DNA of 63,560 nt, filler included, from Chiloscyllium plagiosum (taxonomy: Eukaryota), in assembly GCF_004010195.1 (NCBI RefSeq). It is 4 parts of one record of this genome, joined end to end, with 100 filler letters (N's around TTAATTAATTAA, not from the genome) between each part and the next. Parts side by side here need not be neighbours in the genome. Positions count along the whole stretch, not along the records: positions 1 to 20,688 come from NC_057713.1; 3 more parts are not named here. One strand, 5' to 3'. The first letter of the stretch is position 1. Each line of letters starts with the position of its first letter. The translations under genes were made by a program, and so were the position numbers. The notes below the pieces were generated by a model. The model did no database searches and had not been told where the DNA came from. It saw nothing but the letters and a program-made list of their open reading frames with translations. Positions 1 through 12,044 of the stretch are shown piece by piece.

Positions 1-480
1 GTGCAGGTTCTCTCTCTCTCTCTCCTGCACTGTCCTCACCATGTGCTTCCTTTGTCTGCTCTTCTCCTTTTTAAAACTGCTGTTGTTTTGACTTTTTTTT
101 CCCAAAGTTCCAAAACAATACAACAGCATATAAAACAGTAATTGCTGCTCCTGGAATTCGAGGAAATCACCTCCAACACCTAAAATACCTCAAAAAAAGG
201 AGCAGCTCTTACAGCCAGAAATTTTTCCCATCCTTGACAAGAACCTGCACAGTTACCGCCTTTGCTGTTTGAATTCGTGTATCGCTGGACATCGGAGTGT
301 ATCTGGGAAAATTAACAACCAGTGAAATTCACAACTAATCTTGGAGGAACTCTTGGGCAAAGTTCACGGCACAGCATCAGATAAGTTAATTGTTGTTTTA
401 AGTCTGTCCAAGAGAAAGGCTGCAGTAGTGAGTACAGTGGGTTATTTCTTGATTATATGTATCCAGAGATACACTTCCTT
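1..480. mobile_element. CR1 LINE 5'UTR sequence; 1-237 minus, 241-480 plus
   Basis: The reverse complement of 1-237 aligns by eye to 37995-38310, and 241-480 aligns forward to 38303-38520. Confidence 0.7.
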
Positions 481-533
481 TTGAAAGGACAGTCAGAGTG
501 GGCAGGGTGGGATGGGGTTGCCTTGTTAGTAAA

Positions 534-863
534 AACTGCATGGTGGCTCAGTGGTCAGCACTGCTGTCGCACAGTGTCAGGGACCCAGGTTTGATTCCAC
601 CCTTGAGCAACTCTCAGTGTAGAGTTTGCATGTTCTCTCCATCTCTGTGTGGATCTCCTCAGGGTCCTGTAGTTTCCTTCCATCAGGCCAAAGATGTGTA
701 GTTGGGTGGATTGGCCATGGGAAATGCAGGGTTACAGGAATAGGTGGGGATGGTGGGGATGGGGAGCTGGGGGGGAAGTGGTTGAGCCTGGGTGTGATGC
801 TCTTTGGAGTGAACTCAATGGCTAAGTGGCCTGCTTCCACACCGTAGGGATTCTACGATTCTA
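534..863 (+). mobile_element. HE1-like tRNA-derived V-SINE
   Basis: A box tggctcagtgg, B box ggtttgattcc, V-domain gtagagtttgcatgttctc, CR1-like 3' tail. Confidence 0.8.
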
Positions 864-864
864 A

Positions 865-3360
865 TAAAAATAAAGTAAGAGTGATATGGAGTTGAGTGTA
901 GAATTGGTGCGGGTCGAGTTGAGGAATCGCAAAGGAACAAAAATCCTGATAGGAGTACAGGCCTCCTAACTGTCATTAGGATGTGGGGTAGAAAATAAAT
1001 CAAGAAATAGAAAAGGCCTGTAAGAAAGACATTATTTCAATAATCATGGGGGACTTCAATATGCAGGCGGAATGGGAAAATCAGGTTGATAGTAGAAAGG
1101 AACTTCTACAAGATAACTTTGGAGCAGTCTGTGGTCGAGCCTACAAGTGAACAAGCAATTCTAGATTTGGTGATGTGTAATGAGGCAGATTTGATTAGGG
1201 AGTTGAAGGGAGTTGTCCCTTGGGGACAGTGACCATAATATGATAGAATTCACACTGAGGGGGAGAAGCTGGAATCAGATGTCACGGTGTTATAATTGAG
1301 TAAAGGTAACTACAGATACATGAGGGAGGAGCTGGCCAGAGTTATTGGAATCAGAACCGAGCAGGGAAGTCAGTGCTGCAGCAATGGCCGGAGCTTCTGG
1401 GGGTAATTCAGAAGGAATAGCATAAATTTATCTCAAGGAAGAAGAAACATACTAAGGAGGAGGGTGCAAAGTAACCGTGGCTGACAAGGGACACTATAAA
1501 AATATAAGAAAAAGCATACATTGTGGTGACGATTAGTGGGAATCCTGTAAAAATCAGATGATAACTAAAACATCAATAAAGGGGAGAGAAGATGAAATAT
1601 GAGATGCCTAGGTCTTTTTAGATATCTAAAACGTAAGAGTGAGGCAAGTGTGGAAAATGAGACTGGAAAAATAGTAACGGGAAACAAAGAAATAGTGGAG
1701 GAACTGAAGAGGTACTTGACAACAGTTTCCACAGTAAAGACACTGATAGCATACTAGAGCTTCAAAAGAGGCAGTGACAGAGATGGCCATTGCTAAGGAG
1801 AAGGTGCTAGGAAAGCTGAAAGATCTGAAGGTAGGTAAATCACCTGGACCAGATGGATTAGACCTCAGACTTCTGAAGGAAATAGCTGAGGAGATGGTGG
1901 AGACATTGGTGGTGATGTTTCAGGAGTCACTAGAATCAGGGAGGGCCCCAGAGAACTGGGAAATGGCTGATGTAACCCCTCTGTTTAGGAAGGAAGGGAG
2001 GCAGAAGACTCTAGGAAATTATAGGTTGGTTAGCCTGACCTTGGTTATTGATAGGATTTTAGTGTCCATTATTAAGGTTGATATTACAGAGTACTTGGAA
2101 ATGCAAGGTAAAATAGAGCTGGATCAGCATAGCTTTGTCAAGTGGAGGTCAGACCTGACAAATCTGCTCGAATTTTTTCAGGAAGTAATGAGCAAGTTAG
2201 ATAAAGGAGAACCAGTCATTTTGAATTTCCAACAGAGCTTTAACAAGATGCCACACAGGAGGCTGCTAAATAAGATACGAGCCCTTAGTGTTAGAGGCAA
2301 GGTACTGACATGGATTGAGGATTAGCCGACTGGGAGAAGGCAGAGAGTAGGAATAAAAGGACTATTTTCAGGATGGCAGGTGTTCGGGTATCAGTGTTGG
2401 GATCACAACTATTCACATTACACATTAATGATTTGGATGAAAGGACTGAGGGCAATGTTGCTCAGTTTACAGAAGACACAAATGTGGTGGGATAGTGAGT
2501 CTTGAGAAAGTGGCTGCAGGAGGAGTTGGACAGGCTAGGAGAGAAGGCAAAGAAGTGGCATATGCAATACAATGCAGGAAAGTGTAAAATTATGTAGATG
2601 GCAGGAAAAATATGTTAATTTCTAAACAAGGAAAGGCTTTGAAAATCTGAAGTGCAAAGGGACTTAGAAGTCCTACTTCAGGATTCTCTGAAGGTCAATA
2701 TGTTGGTTCAGTTGGCAGTTAAGAAGGCAAATGCAATGTTAGCATTCATTTCATGAGGATCCTGGACAAACTCTATAGGGATGGACTGCTGAGGCTGTGT
2801 AAGGCTCTAGTCAGACTGCATTTGGAATACGAAGTGTTTTGGGCCCCATATTTAATGAAGGACGTGCTGACTTTGGAAGAGGTGCAAAGGAGGGTTAGAA
2901 GAATGATCCTGGGAATGAAGAGCTTGTCTTATGAAGAGTGGTTGAGGTGTCTGGGTCTGCACTCAATGGACTTTAAAAGGATAAAAGGAATCTGGTTGAA
3001 ACTTACAGAATGCTGAGAGGCTGAGATAGAGTCCATGTGAAGAAGATGTTTCCACATGTAGGAGAGACTAGAAACCGAGGGCACAGCCTCAGAATGATGA
3101 GAGGATCTTTTAGAACTGAGATGAGGTGGAATTCCTTCAGCCAGGAGATTGGTAAATCTGTGGAACTCATTGGTGCAGAAGGCTGTGGATGTCAAGTCAT
3201 TGAGCATATTTAAGACAGAGATAAACAGGCTCTTAAGTATCAAGGGGACCACTGGTTAAGGGGAGAAGGCAGCAAAATGTGGTTGAGAAATATATCAGCC
3301 ATAATTGAATGGTGGAGCATATTCAATGGGTTGAAAGCTCAAATTCTGCTTCTATCTATG
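865..3360 (+). mobile_element. Decayed CR1 LINE ORF2 (APE endonuclease plus RT) through 3' end
   Basis: MGDFN, KSPGPDG, NYRLVSLT and LVRLHLEY motifs with frameshifts and stops. Confidence 0.85.
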
Positions 3361-4571
3361 AAGATAGAACTAGAAGCAGAGTAGGCAATTCAGCCCCTTA
3401 AGCCTGCTCCACTATTTCAAACAATCATGGCTAATCTGACCTCAGACTCAACTCACTTTCCTACCTGTTCTCCATATTCCTTTGACCCATTACTGATTAA
3501 AAATCTGTCTGTCTGACCCATAAGTTTACTCCATGTCCAGCATCCACGGTACTTGGGGGAAACAATTCTGCAATTGATGACCGTTTGAGAAAAGTCATTT
3601 TTCTTGATCTCAGTTTTAAATCTGCTTGCCCATATCTTTAAACTATGACCATTCATTCTAGATTGCCCGACACCCTTTATACATCAATTCTGTCAATTCC
3701 CTTAATCATCTTACATAACTCAACTGGATTTATTCTCATTCTTCTAAACCAGAGAGTATTGGCTGAAACTGCTCAATCCCTCTTCATAAGACAAATGTTC
3801 AAGTTGTAAGTTTACTGGCTGAGCTGGTAGGTTAGTTCTCAGACTCTTCGTCCCCTTGCTAGGTAACATCATCAGTGAAGCGCTGGTGTTATGTTCTGCT
3901 TTCTATTTATGTGTTTTGGTCTGTTAAGGTGGGTGATGTCATTTCTGGTTCTTTTTCTCAGAGGGTGGTAAATGGGGTCCAAATTGATGTGTTTATTGAT
4001 GGAGTTCTGGTTCAAATGCCAGACCTCTAGGAATTCTCATGCGTGTCTCTGTTTAGCCTGTCCTGGGATGGATGTGTTGTCTCAGTTGACATGGTGTCCT
4101 TCTTCGTCTATGTGTAAGGTTGGTCATGTCTTTTGGTGGCTAGTTTTCTGCCTGCCTGTCCAATGTAGTGTTTATCACACTAGCCACAAGCTAGAAGAAT
4201 AGCAGAACAAAATGGCTGCAGAATATTGCAAGAAATTATTAATGATGCCCACAACCGACTCCACAAATACAAAAGGCAAATTTCACGCCAAAACTCTTTG
4301 TACACTAAGACAACTGACCAGGAATGAACACGTATGTTAGAACGAACCATCAGCATCAAACAACAGCAGGTCAAGACAAATTAAAAAAACTATCCCTACA
4401 AGAAAAACTGGACAAGCTTGCACAAAAGAATAACACAGACAATTCAGAAGTTTGGATTAAGAAACTGTTAGACTGGAAAAAAGCCATCCTAGTAGGAAGG
4501 ACCCTACAACTGCTGAGACATGGACAAAAAGGACTTCCTAACAGCACTGGAATCAACCCTGAAAGACAACG

Positions 4572-4751
4572 TTGAAACTTTATTGCTGGAACAGCACAGC
4601 AGGTCAGGCAGCATCCAGGGAACAGGAGATTCGACGTTTCGGGCACAGGCCCTTCTTCAGGCCCTGTTCCCTGGATGCTGCCTGACCTGCTGTGCTGTTC
4701 CAGCAATAAAGTTTCAACTTTGATCTCCAGCATCTGCAGACCTCACTTTCT
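4572..4751. mobile_element. Short palindromic PLE family-B derivative with hammerhead core
   Basis: Inverted arms; minus strand reads CTGAAGA-A-GGGC-CTGT-GCCC-GAAAC-GTC; 15-bp TSD ccctgaaagacaacg at 4557-4571 and 4752-4766. Confidence 0.8.
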
Positions 4752-5403
4752 CCCTGAAAGACAACGGACTTACGGAAGAAACTCAGCCAGACAGACAATC
4801 AGACAGACTGTCAAACAGACAGTAGCACCAACACTAAGCAGAAAGAAAGAAGGGAACACCCTCAATACACAAGAAAGGAAAGCCCTAGAAGGACTCAGAA
4901 ACGACACAAGTATTGTAATCCTACCTGCAGACAAAGGGCACATGACCGTCATCCTAAACAGAACACAGTACATTGAAAAGGCAAACTCCCTGCTCACAGA
5001 TACCGACACCTACCAATAGGTGGCGATGGAACCAACTCCAGAGCTAGACACCCATATCACAGCATCACTGAAGAAACTCCACAAATCAGGTGAAATGAAC
5101 AAGTTAGATCTCCAAGGAATGAAACCTGATGGAACCAACATGCCTGTTTCTATAGATTATCGAAGGTACACAAAGCAGGGGTGCCCCCTCAGACTCATAG
5201 TCTCACTTCCTGGAACATACAGACTAGCAAAGGAACTTGACTGTAAGCTGAAATACCTAATAGAAGACTCATGCCACTCCATCCATTCCACCCAAGAATT
5301 CCTGAACATCAAAGACAAAAAGATAGAAGAGGACGAGGTTATGGTCTGCTTCAACGTAATGGTGCTATTCACATTAATTAACATCACCCTGGCCAAAGAA
5401 ACA

Positions 5404-5462
5404 ATCTCCTGTTCCCTGGATGCTGCCTGACCTGCTGTGCTGTTCCAGCAATAAAGTTTCAA
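5404..5462 (+). mobile_element. 59-bp PLE family-B fragment
   Basis: Identical to an arm of the 4572 element; TSD caaagaaaca at 5394-5403 and 5463-5472. Confidence 0.75.
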
Positions 5463-6344
5463 CAAAGAAACACTGACCTCACTACTAGACGAACCAAGGA
5501 CACAAACACTAGACAGCACCATCTCCATCAGTGAGGAAAGCATCCTAAGGCTAGTAACCTGGTGCCTCACTTCCCACTTCACCTTCAATGACATGACCTA
5601 CAAACAAATCAACGGTATACCCATAGGATCACCAATACAGGATTTGTAGCAGAAACAGTAATGCAGAGACTCGAACAAACAGCCCTCCCTATAATCCAAC
5701 CCAAACTTTGGGTTCACTATGTGATGACACCTTTGGCATCACGAAACAGAACAAATTAGGGGAAACCTACAACATCATCAACAACACCCTTACTGGTATA
5801 AAATTCACCAAGGAGAAAAATAACCCTTCCTAGATATCATAGCGAAACGAACAGTCAATGGAGAACTGTAGACCGCGTCTACAGGAAAGCAACACACACA
5901 GACCAGATACTCAACTACAGGAGCAATCATCCCAACACCCACAAACAGAGCTGCATCAAGACATTATTTAAATGGGCCACAACACACTGCAGCACACACG
6001 AACTATGAGCAGCAGAAGAAAAATACCTATACAGAGTATTCAAGAACAACGGGTACCTGAGAAGCATAGTCTGCTGATTCTTAAATAACAAACCCAAACT
6101 AGAAGACACAACAGAAATGATATCATTCACCTTAACAGACTAAAGAGACACAAAAAGAAAGCAGAACAGGACACCAGTGCTTCACTGTTGATGTTACCCA
6201 GCACGGTGATGAAACATCTAAGGACAAACCTGTTAGTTCAGCAAGCAAACTTACAAACTGAACCTCAACCTGAGCTACAAATCTTCTCTAAAATCACAAG
6301 ACAAATGTCTCATCTTTGGAATCGATCTAGTGAAACTCTTCTTA

Positions 6345-6690
6345 AGGGGGAGGAAATGGCCTAGTGGTACTATCACTGGACTGTTAATCCAGAAACCTAG
6401 ATAATGTTCCCAGGACCCAGGGTTCAAATCCTGCCCTGCCAATGGGGGAATTTGGGTATTTTTAAAAATCTAGAATTGAGAGTCTAATGATGATCATGCC
6501 TATTGTCATAAAAAAACCCCATCTGGGTCACTAATGTCCTTTAGGAAAGGAAATTGCCATCATTACCTGGTCTAGACTACATGACAATCCAGACCCACAG
6601 CAATGTGGTTGACTCTTAGCAGCCCTCTGAGCAACTAGGGATGGGTAATAAATGCTGGTCTAGCAAATGACATCCTCTTTTTGGGAATGA
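6345..6690 (+). mobile_element. tRNA-derived SINE with an L2-type tail
   Basis: A box tggcctagtgg, B box ggttcaaatcc; tail gggtaataaatgctgg matches the 3' end of the L2-like LINE near 12050. Confidence 0.7.
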
Positions 6691-7192
6691 TTTTTTAAAC
6701 AATACCTCCAATGCAACTACATCCCTCCTTAAGTAAGTGGACTAAAATGTTACGTGATACCCGAGGTATGGGCTCATTAATGTCTTGTACAGTTGCAGCA
6801 ACACTTACCCACTATTATCCTTTTAGCAATAAATGCCGGAATTCTCTTTGTCTTGCTTATTATCTGCTGTATTTGTAGACTAGTTTTCTGTGACTCTTAT
6901 ACACAGACACCCAGATCCCTCTGCACCAAAGCACTCTGAAGTTTCTCTCAATTTAGATAACAAGTTGTCTTTCTATTCTCCTGAACAAAATAGAAAATCT
7001 CGCACCTATCCATGTTAAACATCATCGGTTAAAGTTTGACTTGGGCATCTAACCTATCCATATCCATCTATAAATTTCTTATTTCTTCATTGCAACTTAC
7101 TTTCCCATCTATTTCAGTGTCATCTGCAAATTATTATCTCTGCACCCAAGTCATAAATATCGATTGTAAATAGTTGGGGCCCAAGGACTGAA

Positions 7193-7424
7193 GGAAAAAG
7201 TGAGGACTGCAGATGCTGGAGACCAGAGTTGAAAAGTGTGGTGCTGGAAAAGCACAGCAGGCCAGGCAGCATCCGAGGAGCAGGAGAATCGACGTTACGG
7301 GCATAAGCCCTTCTTCAGGAAGGACTTATGCCCTTCTGAGAAGGGCTTATTGCCCGTAACGTCGATTCTCCTGCTCCTCGGATGCTGCCTGGCCTGCTGT
7401 GTTTTTCCAGCACCACACTTTTCA
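7193..7424. mobile_element. Short palindromic PLE family-B derivative
   Basis: Inverted arms meeting at hammerhead-like cores; TSD gcccaagg(a/g)ctgaa at 7179-7192 and 7425-7438. Confidence 0.8.
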
Positions 7425-7891
7425 GCCCAAGGGCTGAACTCTTTGTCACCCCACTAGTTGTATCTTGATGACCAATAAAACCCCATTTATACACACTCTA
7501 TTTGCTTTCTAGTCAAACACAACTTACCTTCCATAAAACCATGCTGACTCTGAGATTGTATTTTGACTTTTCAAATGTCTTGTTATTACTTCCTTACTCT
7601 GGAATCCCATCTCCACACCTCCTTCCCTTACTAATAGGTCTTTAAACAATTTGTTGCTCCTTTGATACACCTTGAGCTGTCCCCTACATGAATGATGCTA
7701 AATAAACACGAGTTCCCCAATTCAACTCTCAGCCCCTGATATCTCAGCCTTGCCTTTGGGTTTGACTGAGATCATCTTGCCCACATTGAGTAGTCATGCA
7801 CTAATTAGTTGCAGGCCAATGAGCAGCTTTTGGTCTCTGATGGGAGCCTGTGCAGTTAGACTGGGCACTAACTGCTGTCTCTGCCACTCAC

Positions 7892-8100
7892 CGGGTAGAT
7901 GTGATCTTTGACGATACACTCGCAATAAGCTGCAGTGACACAGTGTCCTGAGCTGTTCCTGTATTTCCCAACCTCACACACACAGCCTCTCTCGTCAAAA
8001 CGACAGCTTGGTGCAGTCACAGAGTAAACGTCCTGACATGATCGCTCACAGCTCAGATAATCCGCTGTCCCTTGATTCCAAATTTCACCATCAGGACATT
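7892..8100 (-). CDS. SSPO: SCO-spondin exon, last TIL domain before the VWC/CTCK tail
   Basis: atcttAG / GTgagt, 209 bp, phase 1-0. Encodes (E)CPDGEIWNQGTADYLSCERSCQDVYSVTAPSCRFDERGCVCEVGKYRNSSGHCVTAAYCECIVKDHIYP. Confidence 0.9.
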
Positions 8101-8312
8101 CTAAGATTAAAAGAAGGGCAGTAATATCAGTGTGAGTCAGCAGGGTTGGGAACTGAGAGCAATGAGGTGGGGTTGACAGAGTGGGGGTGGGAAAGGGCAA
8201 GGAGATAGACAGTGGGGGGAAGGAGGGGTGATGGAGAATGGGGAGAATGGAAGTGATGGGAATGACGGGTGACAGAGTGGCGGGAGTGAATATTTTTTAG
8301 GTAGTTTATTAC

Positions 8313-8359
8313 CTTCGCAATCTGATTCGGAACAATGGAAAAGTCCCCTCTGACAAACA
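8313..8359 (-). CDS. SSPO: SCO-spondin 47-bp exon
   Basis: ttattacAG / GTaata, phase 2-1. Encodes (C)VCQRGLFHCSESDCE. Confidence 0.88.
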
Positions 8360-8859
8360 CTGTAATAAAAAATATTCAAATAGTAAAACACAATAGAATT
8401 GAGAGAAACTGTAATGTTCGTAGCAACCACTCCATCAGGATGGAACTCAGGGTTAGAATAATTAGGAGATGCCGGTGTTGGACTGGGTTGTACAAAGTTA
8501 AAAATCACACAATATCAGGTTATAGTCCAACAGGTTTATTTGGAAGCACTAGCTTTCGGAGTGGATGTTGTGGTATAATACCAGAATGATACAGTTACAA
8601 TACTGAAACCATTCATTCAGTCCATCTATTGTACACCAGCAGTTACTATTTTACCAGTTTGTAGAAAAAAAGCATACTACATGAAAACAGGAATCAGTTA
8701 TCTGATCCTCAGCCGTGCTCCATCAATCAACACAGTCATATCTGGTCTGCTGCTTCAACTCTAACTTGCTGACCACTTCCCGCACCTTGGATTTCCTTTT
8801 TGTGTCCTCCTTACTGCCTACTTGGTTGTCTAACTCTGCCTCATCAGCAACATTTAGAA

Positions 8860-10350
8860 TCATCAGAAATAGGAGCAGCATAAGGCCATTCAGCCCTATG
8901 AACCTGTTCTGCTATTCAGTATGAACATGGCTGACCATCCAACTCAGTCTCCTGTTCCTGCTTTCTCCCCATGCCCTTTGATCCCTTAGCCAGAAGTACT
9001 ATATCTAACTCCTTCTTGAAAACATTCAATATTTCTGTGGTAAAGAATTCCACAGGCTTAACTCCCCCACTCTCTGGATGAAGACATTTCTCCTCATCTC
9101 AGGCCTAAATGGCCTAACCCATTTTCTTAGACTGTGACTGCTGGTTCTATACTCAGCCACATCAGGAACACCCTTCCTGCATCTAGTCTATCTAGTCCTG
9201 TTGGATTTTTACAGGTTTCTATAACATCTTCCCTCAGTCTTCTAAACTCCTATGAATATAATCTTGTTTCAGTCTCTCTTCAAACATCAGTCCTGCCATC
9301 CCAGGAATCAGTCTGGGAAACCTTTGTTGTACTCGCTCCATTATCAGAACATTTATCCTCAGATAAGGAGACCAAAACTGAAAACAACACCTCAGGTCTG
9401 GTCTCACCAAGGGTCTGTATAATTGCAGCAAAACATCCCTGCTCCTGTACTCAAATCCTCTCGTTAAGAAGGACAATGTACCATTTGCCTTCTTCACTGC
9501 CTACTGTATCTGCATGCTTACCTTCAGTGACTTTTGTACAAGGACACCCAGGTCTTGTTACAACTCCCCCTTTCCCAATCTATCACCATTCAGATAATAA
9601 ACTGCCTTTTTTATTTGCTATCAAAATGGATAACATCACATTTATCTACATTTTACTGCATCCCTCAGTTTCTTGAACCCTTGTTTTTTGATGTAGAGTG
9701 ACACCAGCAACATGGATTCAGTTCCTACACTGGTTGAGGTTATCATAAAGAACTCTCTTTCTTAACCTCTTCCCTCATCTGAGATGTGGTGATCCAGAGG
9801 ATACACCAATTTTCTCTCTCTCTTGTCTTTCTTTGTATGTCAGTCTTGCAACCCCGGGAATCATTCTCAATAAACAAAACATCATTTACAGATAAAGGAG
9901 ACCAGAACTGCACACAATATCCCAAGTGTGGTCTCACCTTGACCCTGCATAATTGCATCTCTGCTCCCCTACTTGAAAATGAAAGCCAATTTGTCTCCTT
10001 CACTGCCTGATGCACCCTCAGAGACTGGTGTACAAGGACACCCAGCTATTGCAATACCTCTCCCTTTCTTAGTCTACACCATTCAGATAATAATCTGCTT
10101 TCCTGTTTCGTTATCAAAATGGATAACCTCACATTTATCTACATTACATTTCTTCTGCCATGCATTCCCCTCTATCCCTCCTCTGTCAACTTGTCCAAAT
10201 CACACAAACATTCTGCATCCTCCCCGCAGCTGATCCTCCTTTGTGTCATCTGCAAAATTGGAGATAATACATTGAGTTTCCTCATCTAAACCATTAATAT
10301 ATGCTGTGAATAGCTGGGTCTTAGTGCTGATCACTGCGGTACACTACCAG
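8860..10350 (-). mobile_element. Two decayed CR1 3' fragments
   Basis: LYRPLVRPDLRCC and VRPHLGYCVQFWSP motifs. Confidence 0.75.
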
Positions 10351-10473
10351 TCAAATTTATCAAGCCAAATTCAGCCAGGAAAGTGGACTTTTCCAGTAAT
10401 AGCATTAACTGGGATCAGAGCACTGGGTACAATGTGGAATCTAAGACGATCTCAGTGAGGGAATGGATGAGAT

Positions 10474-11540
10474 AACATATAGAACATAGAACAATACAGC
10501 ACAGAACAGGCCCTTCAGCCCTTGATGTTGCACCGAGCTGTGAACTATTCTCAGCTCGTTCCCCTACATTATCCCCAAATCATCCATCTGCTTATTTAAG
10601 GATTGTTTAAATCTCCCTAATGTGGCTGAGTTGACTACATTAGCAGGTAGGGCATTCCACACCCTTACCACTCTCTGCGTAAAGAACCTGCCTCTTGACA
10701 TCTGTCTTAAATCTATCACTCCTCAATTTGTAGCTATGCCCCCTCGTACAAGCTGACGTCATCACCTTAGGAAAAAGACTTTCACTGTCTACCCGAACTA
10801 ATCCTCTGATCATCTTGTATGTCTCTATCAAATCCTCTCTTAGCCTTCTTCTTTCCAATGAGAACAGACCCAAGTCTCTCAGCCTTTCCTCATAAGACCT
10901 TCCCTCCAGACCAGGCAACAGCCTGGTAAATCTCCTCTGCACCTTTTCCGAAATATGGCAACCAGAACTGTACACAATATTCCAAGTGCGGCCGCACTAG
11001 CGTTTTATATAGTTGCAGCATGACATTACGGCTCTGGAACTCAATCCCTCTGCCAATGAAACCTAACACACATGCCTTCTTAACAGCACAAACCACCTGG
11101 GTGGCAACTTTCAGGGATCTATGTACATGGACTCCAAGATCCCTCTGCACATCCACACTACCAAAAATCTTTCCATTGACCCAGTACTCTGCCTTCCTGT
11201 TATTCTTCCCAAAGTGCATTACCTCACATTTAGCTGCATTGAAGTCCATTTGCCACCTCTCAGCCCAATTCTGCAGTTTATCCAAGTCCCCCTGCAACCT
11301 GTAACATTCTTCCAAACAGATGAAGGGTTTTTACCCGAAACGTCGATTTTCCTGCTCCTCGGATGCTGCCTGAACTGCTGTGCTCTTCCAGCACCACTAA
11401 TCCAGAATCTGGTTTCCAGCATCTGCAGTCATTGTTTTTACCTAGATTCAGAGGAATACCTAAATCATGAAACTCAATCAGGTTTGTGAGACACGACCTG
11501 CCCTTGACGAAACCATATTGACTATCTGAAATCAAATTAT
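10474..11540 (-). mobile_element. CR1 LINE 3' part, interrupted at 11316-11445 by a PLE family-B element
   Basis: LQGDLDKLQNWAERWQM and LVRPHLEYCVQFW; (ttctatg)n tail at about 10474-10495. Confidence 0.85.
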
Positions 11541-11627
11541 TGTTTGAATTTTTTTCTCAGACCCCCACTACAATCTTTTGAAGATTTTTCTATTGCTGAC
11601 TCCCAGTCATTCAGACTGAATACTCAC

Positions 11628-11776
11628 CATGTGCTGCACCGGTGACGTATTATAGTTCCTGCTGTGTAATTCCTGTGTTGACCCTCCTTTGAGATATTGG
11701 TGATCCAGGGCATTGTGGAGCTCAGTAAAGAGCAGTGACATTCCTCAGGAGATACACAAATCCCATCCTGTAGGAG
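11628..11776 (-). CDS. SSPO: SCO-spondin exon, TIL end plus TILa start
   Basis: gaacAG / GTgagt, 149 bp, phase 0-2. Encodes LLQDGICVSPEECHCSLLSSTMPWITNISKEGQHRNYTAGTIIRHRCST(C), continuing directly from the 23921 exon. Confidence 0.9.
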
Positions 11777-12044
11777 CTGTTCAACAATAACAACCAACCA
11801 TTCAGCAATCAATCGTGACACAATCTGGAATTACATGTAACTCAAAACTGCAGAATTTTAATTTGTGGTGATCAGTTTGGAGCTGATCGTGTTGGCAAAT
11901 CACTGAAAGGCAACAGGACAGTATTGACAGAGACATTTTAAAACGCATACTGACTAGTTCTGTTCAAAGCCAGCCAGAAACAAATGCAAATACATCATTT
12001 TGGAAATTTATAAATAGTTAGGCTTTTTTAAAATGTATTTTTTT

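Larger units (their letters stand above)
3799..6297 (+). mobile_element. Penelope-like element, family A, with inverted 5' pLTR (3799-~4185)
   Basis: RT motifs ILPADKG, PLRLIVS, HFTFN, GSP; inverted GIY-YIG/pLTR arm; TSD aagacaaatgt at 3788-3798 and 6298-6308. Confidence 0.85.
3362..7560 (-). mobile_element. Old CR1 LINE, host for nested PLE and SINE insertions
   Basis: Minus-strand CR1 3' end at 3362-3798 resumes at 6298-6345 and 6700-7560. Confidence 0.65.

Noticed and set aside
9134..9676. 180-aa plus-strand ORF and similar ORFs (32372-32902, 17446-17868)
   Set aside because: Antisense frames of CR1 ORF2 with no independent coding signal.
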